A stretch of DNA of 64,000 nt, from NCBI RefSeq assembly GCF_009914755.1, contig NC_060928.1, one strand, 5' to 3'. Shown one piece after another: positions 1 to 23,631 of the stretch. The stretch is from the human T2T-CHM13v2.0 reference genome, Homo sapiens. Every line of letters starts with the position of its first letter. The stretch's first letter is position 1. The translations under genes were made by a program, and so were the position numbers. The notes under the pieces are model-generated. The model ran no database searches. It was not told where the DNA came from and worked only from the letters and a program-made list of their open reading frames with translations.

Positions 1-867
1 ACTGACTAACAAAAATCCAGTATGTGTTTATAAATGACTGAAAGAATTTATTAATTAAATTTGTGCATTCCAATGTAACTATCAATTACATGGCAACAAC
101 CTAATAGGAATGAATGCAATTATATGAGTTTCAACATGAGAAATCCCAGAACGGAGGTTCCCAGAATTGTATCTTCAGATTTGCATTATCATTTTGTTCT
201 GACCTCATGTCTAATTTTCAATCCTCTTCTCTGCAAAAATTTTCTCTACAAGGAAATCATTTGAAAGAGTTCTGAGAAAATAGAGATAAGCTCATCCTGA
301 GGTTAGACAGATTTTTATCCTTCTTTGAAATGGGAGAAATTATTTTCAAGGACTAAATTGCATACAGTTGAAAATAATCTTAAACATCTAAAATAATGTA
401 TTCTAGTCTATTTTACCACATACGCATTACCACAGAATCAGCATGTGCTATATTTTAAATGACATCTAATGTATTATTTCATCTTTTTTTAAGTGAAAGC
501 AAACTTATTAACAAAGTAAAGGAATAAAAGAATAGCTACTGCATAGGCAAAGCAGCCCATTCCATCTTAATAATAAAAGAATTCACATCCATTGTAGAAA
601 TGCTAAAAAGAAATGTAGTCAACATTTATCATCCATAATTCTAACAAAGATGAATACTGTTTTATATATTTCTTTCCAGTCTCTTCTCTATGCATCTGTA
701 TATCTATGATTTTACGGAATTAGAGTCACATAACATAACCAGTTGTTTTCTCTAATGTTTACATTATATCATTGGTTAAAACAAAATTCTATTACATAGG
801 TTCTCAAATGTTCTTGTCTCAGGATGCTTTTACGCTCTTAAAAATGATCAAGGACCCCAAGGGCTTT

Positions 868-1526
868 TGCTGTGATTCACTCAGGATGGTGGCAGAAATA
901 TTAAAAGGAAATATTAAGGGAAATTATAAAGAATAGTCACAAACCTTTTAGAAGGCCGAAAGGTTATGTAGCTCATAATAATTGAACAGGCTGAAGGCAG
1001 CTGGTTCTTACCTTAGAGCATTAGGTCATAAGGTACATATTAAAGACAATAGAGGCTTCCCCAGTTAAGTCTGTTTTCCCTACCTCCATTAACTAGCCTT
1101 TGAGCCAGATGGCCCCAGGTAGGGGGTGGGTCAGAGATTGACCAAAGATATTGTCCCCTAATAGTATTTACTTTAGACTCAGGCCGGGCGCGACGGCTCA
1201 CGCCTGTAATCCCAGCACTTTGGGGGCCAATACCTGAGCTTTAATCATTCCTAGAACTACTCTCTTAACCATGTTAATTATCCACAAGTGTGTTTACTCA
1301 AAGCTTCTGCTGTTAATTGTATACTAAATAAATTCCTGAAGTGCGAGCTGCTCAAGGTCGGCTGCAGTGACAAACCTCTCTTGGTGTGCAGCCAGTCGGA
1401 CGCTCAGCAGGACTGGCAAAGCAGAATATCTGTGTGTCAGTGTTCGTTTTATTCATCCATCATTTAGGTCAAAGTCTGCGGGCAGACCCCCACAGCTCAT
1501 GCCCTCATGTGAAGAGCAATACCTCA
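868..1526 (+). mobile_element. ERVK (HML-5) LTR22-family solo LTR
   Basis: TG...CA termini with perfect 6-bp TSD GGCTTT (862-867, 1527-1532); motifs caggatggtggcagaaatatt and gtctgcgggcagaccccc recalled from LTR22. Confidence 0.8.
1182..1228 (+). mobile_element. Isolated Alu 5' head fragment inside the LTR
   Basis: ggccgggcgcgacggctcacgcctgtaatcccagcactttggg-ggcc, with no body or A-tail. Confidence 0.85.
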
Positions 1527-1545
1527 GGCTTTGTGGATTAAAGCA

Positions 1546-1850
1546 ATTTTTTTAAATTTTTTATTTTTTATTTTTTTTGAGACAGTCTCACTCTGTTGCC
1601 CAGGCTGGCGTGTCTCGGCTCACTGCAATCTCCGCCGCCTCCTGGGTTCAAGCAATTCTCCTGCCTCAGCCGCCTGAGTAGCTGGGACTACAGGCACGCA
1701 CCACTATGCCCGGCTAATGTTTGTATTTTTAGTAGAGATGGGGTTTCACCATGTTGGCCAGGCTGGTCTTGAACTCCTGACCTCAGGTGATCCGCCTGCC
1801 TCGGCCTCCCAAAGTGCTGGGATTACAGTCGTGAGCCACAGCACCTGGCC
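1546..1850 (-). mobile_element. AluS
   Basis: T-rich tail then gagacagtctcactctgttgcccaggctgg...gtgagccacagcacctggcc. Confidence 0.93.
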
Positions 1851-2434
1851 AAATTTTTTAACATTTTAATTAACTTCTTAATAATAACAATAAACCAAAT
1901 ACATGATAACATAAACTACATGAAAAATTACATATTTTCAAAACAAAAGCAAAATTACAAAAAAACAAAAATTTGGTAAGAATTGTGGCACTGTTTTTAC
2001 ATATTTGTAACCCTCTTTACTGTCTGACTACATAGAAGATAGGTAGATTCTCATATCTGCTTCTGCACTCATTCTCTTGTGTCACACATCATGTAGCCTC
2101 TGGAAAACCGCTATGCAATCATGAAAGAATAAGAATAAAAAGCGCAAATAACTTCTTAGTACAATTGATCCTTATACAATGCAGGGTGCCAACCCTGCAT
2201 AGTCAAAAATTCATGTGTAATTTTTAAATGCCCAAAAACTTAACTACTAATAGCCTACTGTTGACTGGAAGCCTTATCAATAACATAATTAATCAAGTAA
2301 CACATAAATAGAGTAGTATCTACATATATTTTGTGCATTCATGACACATTTAACTTTTTCTTAATTTTTTAATATTTCTAGGCTACATGATTCATCTGCA
2401 AACTTTTTTAAAATATCACAAATCTCAAAAAAAT

Positions 2435-9958
<7,524 letters not shown>

Positions 9959-10545
9959 TAAAAAAAATTTTTCAATATCTTTATTGAAAACAATTCACTA
10001 ATAAGTGGACCCACACTGTTCAAACTCATGTTGCTCAAAGATCAACTATATCACTATAAAAGCAATTTTGACCTCAGGCCCCACAAAAGAATCTCAGGGA
10101 CCTCCGTGAGTTCACAGACCGCACTTTGAGAACCACCACCCCACAAGACTGGATGTGGGTGAGAAAAACCTTTTTTTTTTTTTTGAAGTGGGTGAGAAAA
10201 TCTTAATAGACCTTTTCTTCAAATGCAGATTCTGGATTCTGCTTCATACACTTTAAGAGTTCCATATTGGTCCTGCCATCCCAGGTAGGCCCTAGAACAC
10301 TGGCCTTGGCTGTGGTTGTGTCACAGTCCTGGGGGACAAAAATTTGCACATGCACTATACCTCGGGTCCCACAACCACAATGGCACTATAAACAACCAGA
10401 GACTCAGCTGGGCTGGGCTGGGCAAATGCTTGTGACTGGAAGTACCAAGGAAGGCCATATATTACTTTTATAGTAAAAAAAGATATTTTTATTTTGAAAA
10501 AAATTAGCATTTATTTAGCTATAAATTAAAACATTAAACACCATC

Positions 10546-11026
10546 TGTGATGGTTAATTTTGCATGTCGACTTGACTGGACACCAGGGTCAGATATGATT
10601 CTGGATGTGTCTGTGAGGGTGTTTCTGGATAAAATTAACATTCAGATCAGTTGATTGAGTAAAGCAAATTGCCCTCTCCAATGTGAGTGGGCATCATCCA
10701 ATCAATTGAAGGCCTAACTAGAACAAAAAAGCTGATCATCTGAGAAGAAAGGAGAACTCCTCCTGCCGATTTTCTAGCCGGACATTAGATTTTTTCCTGC
10801 CTTTAGACTTGAACTGAGACATCAGCTCCCCTGGGTCTCAAGCCTGCTAGCTTGGAGATTAGGACTACACCATGGGCATTCCTGGGTCTCCAGATTGCAA
10901 ACTGCACATCTTGGAATCTGTCAGCCTCCATCACCAAGTGAGCCAATTCCTTTCTATATATATTCAATGTCTTTCTATATATAACTATACCTTTATCGGT
11001 TTCTCTGGAAAACCCTGATTAATACA
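10546..11026 (+). mobile_element. MLT2-family (ERVL) solo LTR
   Basis: tgtgatggttaatttt...ccctgattaataca; 5-bp TSD ccatc/ccatt. Confidence 0.85.
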
Positions 11027-11035
11027 CCATTCTTA

Positions 11036-11353
11036 GGCCGGTCATGGTGGCTCACGCCTGTAATCCCAGCACTTTGGGAGACCGAGGCGGGCAGATCACC
11101 TGAGATCAGGAGTTCAATACCAGCCTGGCCAACATGGGGAAGCCCCATCTCTACTAAAAATACAAAAGTTAGCTGGATGTGGTGCTGGGCACCTGTAATC
11201 CCAGCTACTCAGGAGGCTGAGGCAGGAGAATCGCTTAAACCCAGGAAGCGGAGGTTGCAGTGAGCCGAGATTGCGCCACTGCCTTCCAGCATGGATGAAA
11301 AAGAGAGACTCCATCTCAAAAAATATACATAAAATGAAATAAAAAATAAAAAA
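11036..11353 (+). mobile_element. AluS
   Basis: ggccggtcatggtggctcacgcc...A-rich tail; TSD about aatacaccattctt / aatacatcattctt. Confidence 0.93.
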
Positions 11354-13429
11354 ATACATCATTCTTGGAAAAATAAAAAGACCAACACTAGTAGTGTCTA
11401 GCCAAACATCACCCACTAAAGGAGCCATTTTCAGTGAACCAAACCATTTGTAAAGCCATCTCAAATGTGAGAAAGATGCAGGAGGTTGTAGCCAAGGAAC
11501 TCCACATATTCCAGGGCCAGTGGCACGTCCAGCCCTATCATGAGCTACATATGTCCCTGTATGTCCCGGTCATGAGCCATGTGTTAGGTTTGGGGTTGTT
11601 TTTTGTTTTTTTTTTTTTTTTTGCCATCTAACACCTGTGTCCACACAAAATTATATGATTATGATTTTGATGTTGATGTTGATCTTTCTATGGGGAGATA
11701 CTAAAGTGATTATGAATAATCTGACTAGAGAAAGAACTCTGCTCATTATAAATTAATAAAATAGTCATCTAATTTTAACTTTGTTTTTCAATATAACCAT
11801 TGTGTCAGGAAGTTTATTCTGGACAGGTGTCTAACAGTGGAAACCTCTTTCTGGGAGTTGGAAAATGCCTTCCAGGCCCACTTCCCTTTTAGAAGGTTTT
11901 TTAATCATGCCTATGCCATTTCATCCTGCCCTCCTGCCATAGCTGATTGGACTAGAGATGGATTCTTTTCCTGGCCAACAGTCCATGAGATGCCCTGACT
12001 CAAAAGCTTTGCCAAATATGGGCTTCCTAAATAGAACAATCAGACTGAGGAAGAGGTAGTTAGTAACAGCTGGCTCACTTAAAGCAGGGACAGAGAATAG
12101 CTGTGTCTCCGTAAGGGTAGCTGTCACTAAAGAAAGCTACAGTGCCCGTTAAGTCTTTGAAGCTGCTGGCAGATACCAGAGCAATCACAATGTCTTGGAT
12201 CACATTCCATCTTCATGAGGCCTGAAAATGCATCTATTTTGCTTTAATTAATTAAGAAGCATATTTTGTTGTTACATGGTCTAAACAACATACTGCTCTG
12301 TGAGTTGGAAGACAATTTAGTCACATTTATCCTGCATGTTGTAGTAAAATAAAAGCACTTAAGATTTAGGTCAGGTGTAAAAAAAACCAAAATGCCTACC
12401 CAGGCAAGGCAGGTAACATATATAAGTAAGCCAGCCAGGTGTGGGATCAACAAGGAAGATACTTGCCCTGCTAACTGGAGCAACTGCTCCCCAGCTTTGG
12501 TCATAATTAACATTCAGAAGAATATTTTCATTGTTTGACAGAACTTCCAAGTTTTAAATGAGATAATGCATGTCAAGTGATTATTGTATGCTCAGCACAT
12601 TGTAACAGCTCATTAATATTAATTATTATTAGTTTTATATTCATTTACAATCATCATTAGCAGTTATATATCTATAGGAATTATCTGGACAAATGATACT
12701 ACTTGACAAATTTACATAAATTCTTTAACATATTTTTATCTCAAGAATATTTTTTGATCATGCTCTTTAAAATGCTTCTCTAGTTCTAATTGGTCTCTTA
12801 ATTGATTCATGAAGACCTTAAAATGTGAGGTATGCTAACTCATCTGGTTTGCTTTTTGCTAATGATTCATTTCTCTGGTTTGGAGAAACTCATTTTTGTG
12901 TTTTTCCAGCCTATCTTTTCTGTGGGTAATTACCCCATGCACACCTTCAGACATTGCCTATCAAGCAAAAATGTAGATTGAATACAGTATAATTTTCTCC
13001 AAGTTGGCTTAGGTCTTTAATCAGAGACTGCCATTTCTGACCAGCCCTTCTAAACCAAATCAGTAAGTTTTGTTGTTTTAAAGGATTGGTACAAGTAATG
13101 AAGTTCAACTAAGAAAAGAACAAGGAGATTGTATCTGAAAAAGCAGCATCATAACACAACATACACACTGCAGAGCACTTCCACATAACTTACAACTCCA
13201 GGCTTTAGAATGGTAGAAACAAATTCATCTTGTTTTGTTTAAAAAAAAAAAAAAATCAAAGTAGAGAGCCCATAGTCAAAATGAAAGTAATTCAGTCATG
13301 CCTCTGGGCTTCCTTCTAACAATTATTACAAATTAATATTCACAATATATTTAAGGCATGTCAAAATCTCAAAATAAAAAATGTGTATTGATATAATCCA
13401 TTCAAATCCAGTTTCCTACCTAGGGGCAG

Positions 13430-13660
13430 GATGTGATAAGGCAGAGCATACATGGATTTTGAAGTCAGACTGACCTGGATTCAAATTCTGACATGCTGGT
13501 CGAATACGTATCTTGGCTAGTTCCTTAGCTTCTCTGAGCGTATGTTATCATCTCTAAAGATGGGACAACTAGACTTACTTTTAAGTCTGTGATGAAGGTT
13601 AAATAAAATACCACAGAAAAGGTGCCTTCCCATTGCCTACCATTTAGTAGACATTTAACA
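13430..13660 (+). mobile_element. MIR relic
   Basis: agagcatacatggattttgaagtcagactgacctggattcaaattctg core motif. Confidence 0.6.
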
Positions 13661-14389
13661 AATGGCTTTCTCGTTTCCATTCCCTCTTCCGAGCACAATG
13701 TAAGGATCAATCAAGTGTCCCATATGCCTTACAAGGTAAGTAGAGATGGTTTCCATAATCTTAAACACAATATGTATTGAAGGATGAAGGATCTTCCACC
13801 TTAGGCCTTGAGTAAGCACAGGTATGGGCTGTTCCTTCACCTCAGGTAGATCTGTCTGGAGTAGGTGGATTGAGCAATGTAATTAGTTTGTTTACTCGCA
13901 AAGTTATTTATGTAACAAACATTGAACCCTATTCTGTGACAGGCACTGTAGATACTGAAGGTAAATAACACCGCCGCCCTCAGGGAGCTCACATCCCAAG
14001 TTGTAACAGACTCATCCTAAATAGCATTTCCTAAGGTATGCTCCACAGAACACCATTTCCACAGGTTAAAAGTGTTAGAAGAAAACTAAGTTTGGAGGAA
14101 AGTTTTAAAGTTTCTTTACTATGAGGTTTTTCAGAACCAGTAATGGGCTTGGAGACATAGAATGCAGTGTTCATATTTGATCACAGAACGTTTTTATCAA
14201 GGAGCATCTCAAGAGGCTAGCAGTGTTGCTCAGGTCATGCTTTGGGAAGAGCAGACCTATAGTACAGCTGTGAGCGTTCTCCCACACAGCTGTTCCTACA
14301 AGCCTTCAGGGGAGGCTGGGGGGAAGCCGGCAGTCTCCTGGATAACGCTGTGCAGTGCTATTTCAGCCCTACATACTGGAGTAGTGGGA

Positions 14390-14590
14390 GAGCCATAAAC
14401 TTTGAACCTAGACTGGACTGGAAATTTGATTCTGCAGCTCATCTGCGTGGCCTGGAGCAAGTTGTAAAAGCTCTTTGATCTTAAGAGCTTGTTTCACTGC
14501 CTAAACAATGGGGATCATAATAACATCTTCTTTCTGGGGTTCTTGTGAGAAATAAATATAATAACATAGGGAAAGTGTCAGGCATACAGT
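14390..14590 (+). mobile_element. MIR relic
   Basis: tgcgtggcctggagcaagtt...aaacaatggggatcataata...gggttcttgtgag. Confidence 0.55.
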
Positions 14591-14921
14591 AAAAGTAGAA
14601 CCTAATAGATAGCCCCTTCTATTCCCTTTGCCCCCTTATTCTATGCTACATTTTATTATATCCTGGGAAGCACAGCGCAATGAATGAGTCAGAGATAAAT
14701 ACATCCTGCTGGTTTAAAGAGCAGATGCATGTGCTTCATCATCTGTGCTTCCTCTATTATTTTGCTTGTACCTGAAGAGTTTTGTACCTCTTTGCACTTC
14801 TGTCTTCCAGCCAGAAATGCTGAGACAACAGAAGGAAAACAACAAGGTCTTTACCTTACCTTAATGAGAAATCTCCTGGTTGTCTTTTGAGAAAAGAAGT
14901 TCTGACACTGGCAGGTCAATT

Positions 14922-14943
14922 TACTTATTTATTTATTCATTTA

Positions 14944-14996
<53 letters not shown>

Positions 14997-15258
14997 CACC
15001 CAGGCTGGAGTGCAGTTGCGTGATCTCTGCTCACTGCAACCTCTGCCTCCCATGTTCAAGAGAACCTCCTGCCTCAATCTTCTGAGTAGCTGGGATTACA
15101 GGCGCCCATGACCACACCTGGCTAATTTTTGTATTTTTAGTAGAGACGGGGTTTAACCATATTGACCAGCCCAATCTTGAACTCCTGACCTCAAGTGATC
15201 CACCCACCTCAGCCTCCCAAAGTGCTGGGATTACAGGCGTGAGCCACCGTGTGCAGCC
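14922..15258 (-). mobile_element. AluS with (TTTA)n tail and embedded (TG)n
   Basis: Alu body tcacccaggctggagtgcag...gtgagccaccgtgtgcagcc. Confidence 0.9.
14946..14994. repeat. (TG)24 microsatellite
   Basis: Perfect dinucleotide run. Confidence 0.97.
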
Positions 15259-15817
15259 TTCAGCTGATTTTAGAGTCTTACATTTTTATAACATCAACCA
15301 AACATTACCTTACTCATCTAAAATTCAGTAAAATCCTCTAAGCTCTTCATTCCCAGGACTCTCATGGTCAGGAAATTCTTTAAGAAAAACAAAAGATGAT
15401 ATTTAACTAAACATTTCAAACACTCTGTGAAATGAAGCATCTGAGAATCACAATACAGATTCCCTAGTCACGACTACAGTCCATGTTTGTCTAAAAATAG
15501 GTGAAATTTATTTTTGCTGATAAAACTAAATCTGAAAGAAGTAATCAGGTGAAACATATCTTCATATATTATCTATAACCAATAATACTCCACTCATTTA
15601 GCTTGTCAGAAAATGAGCTATTCCACATAAGTGAATTTTCTAGATAATGAAGGTTATAGTTGCCCTACTTCCTACTCCATTCATCTCACCTTGCTTAGAA
15701 AGAAGCATTAGAAAGCAGGAGAGGATTTGGAGAAAGGACAAAGTCCACACGCAGAACCCAGAGCAAAGTAGACAGCCTGATTAGGGATTAAGAGCGGGAG
15801 GGAGTAGGGAGTTGGGG

Positions 15818-18303
<2,486 letters not shown>

Positions 18304-19289
18304 AATATTTGGATGAAAAAAAAGCCATTGGAAAAATGATAGATTATTTAACAAATGGTATTGAAATATCTGACTAAAAAAAGAAAATGTATGGCTTTTT
18401 AGTCTACAGTATTGACTTAAAGATTTGAAGGAATTTGGTCTTAGGAGTCTTTGGGGCTTATTGAGAGCTTTGAGGGCTTCTATAGGCCTTTGGAATGTGT
18501 TAAGAAAGGCTCCAGAAAAAAAGAAAACAGAATTCATTGATGGGGCTGGAGCTAGGTTCCAATTTTAAAAGAAAATGAAGCGGAAAGACCCTCTATACTT
18601 TCTTCTGGTTTGTAAGCCAGCTCTCTAGGGTAGAGAAGGAGATCATAATTCAGGATCAGACCTCTGTACATCTAGCAGAATATTGACTGTGCTTGCCCTA
18701 GAAATTGATGAGGGGAAGGAACTCCAACACATTTCATTCTTTTAAAGGCAAAATATGTACAATGTTACCTGTCTGCCTCTTCGACCAAAAAATTCAGAAC
18801 ATAATCTACCCTGATTTTAATGGCACAATGACCATTACAAACACCCATTCCTATTTTAACAGAGGCTTCCAGAGTGGTGAGAAACATTAGATCCTGTACA
18901 AAGTATCCTTGGGCTCTCTGCTTTTTGTTTTTATTTTGTTTTAGTTGTTTTTGTCTTTATTCTTGGCATCAGCTATTATTTGTGGTGACTAGAAGTTTTT
19001 CTAAATCTGGAAACACTTCTCTTTCCCTTCTGATTTACTGTTTCTAATATCTTATAAGAAAAGATAAAATGATGACATTAATTTGAACTACAACTCAGGT
19101 ATGAAAAAAAGGGAACCAAGAAAGTCTTTTATGAGTATGTAAACATTAGTGCAATGTGCACTCTGTTTTGCTGGCTTTGAAGAGACTTGTTTTGCTTATT
19201 TCTAAGAGACTTATTTCTATCCAGATAGCTTCATTTAAAGATAAATGGCATCCATACTAGTGATGTATAAGCGCACTTGATAAATACTA

Positions 19290-20010
<721 letters not shown>

Positions 20011-20298
20011 CCATTACTGATCTTCAACTTCTCATTTAAGTTGCACTGAAATTCAAACATCCAATTAATTCCTTTCATACATTTAGCTTTTTCCCATAGA
20101 GAAATTTTAAACTGTTTGGTACAATTTGGTTCCATCATCAGACAGATCTGGGTTGAATCCAGACTGCTTACTGGCTGTATGATTTAATGATATTACTTGC
20201 CTTATGGGATTGTTGTAAGGATTAGGCGAAATAAATGCCCAGGGCCTAGAACATAGAAAAGACTTGATAAATACAATCTATTGTTTTTCATATAAATT

Positions 20299-20357
20299 AC
20301 ATATATGTGTATATATGTATATACATATATATGTGTATATATGTATATACATATATA

Positions 20358-20403
<46 letters not shown>

Positions 20404-20422
20404 TGTGTATACATATATATAT
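20299..20422. repeat. Compound (TA)/(TG) microsatellite
   Basis: Direct reading. Confidence 0.95.
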
Positions 20423-20919
20423 CCAAATATCAGATTTTTACATTATGGAACCAAAAAAATCCAAAAGTTAGAATAAAACTTTTAATTTTCATGGTACTAT
20501 TATTTGTCTACATGTAGCTTACATGCAAAAAAAAGGTAAGGATACTCTTCTTTGCTTCATGTTCTCCTAGTCAGTTATTACCATATCCATCTTCCAAAAG
20601 GAAAAACTAAGGTTTTAGCATGCTTGGCATTGTGATCATATCATGTCCTACCAATTATATACATTTTTCACTAAATTCCTAGTAGCACTTAAACTCGGCC
20701 AATTTGCTTATCTGTCACCATCATGGATCCAGTTCATTTCTTTTCATGGATCATTCCTTCAGTATGGAAGGGTTTTTTACCTTATACATATCAGTATATA
20801 CTTTTCATCCCCGGCAATCCTGTATTTGAAACAACTTCTACAAGAATACTTCTATAATTAAGCCTATTTCGTTCTAGTAACCTCATTATTTGACACCCTT
20901 CCAATATTTATACTGAATC

Positions 20920-21150
20920 AATAATCATTTGCATTAATTGTGTGCTTCTAATGTATCAGGAACTGTTCTAAGCACTTTAGTGTATTATTTCATTTATTCC
21001 TATGTAGGCTCCTTGATTAACACCCTTTTACAGATGAGGAAACTGAGGTAACACATGGTAAAATAACTTGTCCAGGACACACAACTAGACAATCATGACA
21101 CTGTATCTCAACTAAGCAGTCTGATCCCCAAAACCGACACTCTTAGCAAT
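20920..21150 (-). mobile_element. MIR relic
   Basis: cccttttacagatgaggaaactgagg...aacttgtcca core. Confidence 0.7.
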
Positions 21151-21899
21151 TAAGCACTTCATACCCTATCTTCTTTTACGCATTTTTTTATAGTAAGTCT
21201 CATGTCAGCTCATGTGTCAATGTCATGTATTGTTTCTCCAACTAGACTATAACTTTTTTTTTTAATAAGCCTGAATTGCTCTCTTTACCTCCATTAAACT
21301 TAATACAACGGTCTCTTCATAGCCTTTAGTAAATGCTCTTTAACAAACTCAGCAGTTAAGTGACTAGCACAGGACATGTGCGTGACTTGCTTTTCAGTTA
21401 TTTACACCAAAAACTTCTGGGCCGAGCAAACCCAAATACCACTTCTACTATAAAACTGACTCTGATGTAATCATGAAGGGTCCACGTGTGAAAAGCTGAA
21501 GTCATTCTGTGTTGGCTTGTGGTCAACTCTCTTCTTCCAAAAGTCCTTCTGCATGGGCTTACTACAGGTACAAACAGCAGGTAATAATCCGGGACAGAAA
21601 CAAATGAATCATCATTTTAATACACAAAGCAAGTGGGTGTTTTACTGACAAGCTGCCAAGAGCTACTGTATCAATGGCATATATTTCTGCTGCAAACTCC
21701 TCTGTTTGTAAAGGACCAATGCCAAATTTGTTCAGTGTCAGAGTTTCCAGGTAGGTGCCTTTGGAATCCACCGTGAAAGAAAGGAAGCAGGGGCAAAAAA
21801 TGACATCAGCCTGACTCCAATGAGTATTTATGAAGTATACTACCTGAGAAGTTACTGTGAACTAGGAAGGCTTCCAAGGAAGGTATTTTAACTTAATTT

Positions 21900-22640
21900 T
21901 TATTTTAATGTCTATCAAAAAATTTACATCAAACATGATAAGAGATCCATTCATATGTTACATAAAATGTTGTATAATATATGCTTAATGATATAGAAAA
22001 CACATACAAACTAATAAGAATATCAATTCCCCTGTGGTTAATAAACAAAAACATTAACAATTTACAAAAAAAAAAGGAAATATAGTTAGTAAATAAATAT
22101 GTAAAGAAAATATTTAACCTTGGTGATCAAAGAAATATAAATTAAAACACCAGTGAAATAGTGCATAATACCAGTTAATTTATGAGGGGAAAAATTAATT
22201 AAATGAACAAATTCTGGCAAAGTTGTGGTAAAACTGGTATAGATGAATTATTAGTAGGGTATAACTTAGACAATTCAGCAATACTTATCAAAAGTCATAA
22301 AAATATGCATATTAACTAGGAATCATACTCATGGTAAATTATACCAAGAAAATAATTCAAAATATAAAAATTGTTTTGAATCTTTACTAATTAAAATACT
22401 CATTGTAAAAAATTAGAAACAACCAAAGGTTGAAAAACAGAGGTCCTAAGCATCGATTTGAAGATTTATTACCCAGACAATTAAAAAATGTAATATTTAT
22501 CTCTGTAGCTACATGTCAATATTTATGACATAATGGTAAGTACATAAAGACCAATACAAAATGATATTTACACTATAATCATAACTATGTTAAACATGAA
22601 TTTAACATGAATAAGTACTGTAAGAAAAAATAATTTTTAA
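21900..22640 (+). mobile_element. Very old L1M-type 3' fragment (AT-rich)
   Basis: Degenerate atcaaagaaatataaattaaaacac, tggcaaagttgtgg, aattagaaacaacc motifs of an L1 ORF2 end. Confidence 0.45.
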
Positions 22641-23263
22641 GTTGAGTAAAATTCTGTCTAATTTGTCTTCTTTTATATTTGTATCATCATCACTGTGTTG
22701 TTTTTCTGGTTCTTGTTCTTGATTATGAAATAAATGGAAACCAATTAAAAACAATGTCTTCTAACATAGTCTGCAGTTTTCAAAATAATTTTTACCATCA
22801 TATTAGCAGGCAAAAATAATCCAAATTTGACTTCTATGTTATAGCACTATATGATAATTATATCAATAGATTTCACTTATATTTATCATTTATTTTAGCA
22901 GGTATTAAAAATTGAATGTAAACATTAGCCCAAACCATCATGATAATAGGCCCTACAAAAACACTAAAGGATAGCAATCAAGGTGGGTGGCCTGGTGGTC
23001 AAGAGCAAGGTCTTGGAGTTTGAGTCCCAGCTATGCTACATACTAACTCTGCAGGATATTAGTACCTTTTCTAAAGCCCAGTTTTCATAGTACTTATCTC
23101 ATAGGGTGGTTCATGAAGATCAGTTAAGGTAAGGAATATGAAGCACAGCACCTGCCATATGTGAAGTGACCAGTAAAAATAAGCAACTAAGATTATATAC
23201 AATAGACTTCAAGATTCACACAACCTTTATTATTCCTTTTATTATTCTAATATACAAAGGCAG

Positions 23264-23631
23264 TGTTATTAGTCCATTCTCACACTGCTATAAAAAACTG
23301 CTAGAGACTGGGTAGTTTAAAAGGAAAGAGGTTTAATTGACTCACAGTTCTGCAGGGCTGGGGAGGCCTCAGGAAACTTACAGTTATGGCAGAAGGGGAA
23401 CCAAACACATCCTTATTCACATGGTGGCAAGAAGAAGTGCTGAGCAAAAAGGGAAAAGCCCCTTGTAAAACCATCAGGTCTCATGAGAACTCACTGACTA
23501 TCACAAGAACAGCATGGAGGTAACTGATCCCGTGATTCAATTACCTCCCACTGGGTCCCTCCCATGACACGTGGGGAATATGGGAACGATTCAAGATGAG
23601 ATTTGGGTGAGGACACAGCCCAGCCACATCA
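23264..23631 (-). mobile_element. THE1C/D-type MaLR solo LTR
   Basis: tgttattagtccattctcacactgc...gacacagcccagccacatca; perfect 5-bp TSD GGCAG (23259-23263, 23632-23636). Confidence 0.9.

Noticed and set aside
11820-12510. Possible old LTR or DNA-transposon relics
   Set aside because: Only vague resemblance; no termini or TSD could be fixed, so not listed as features
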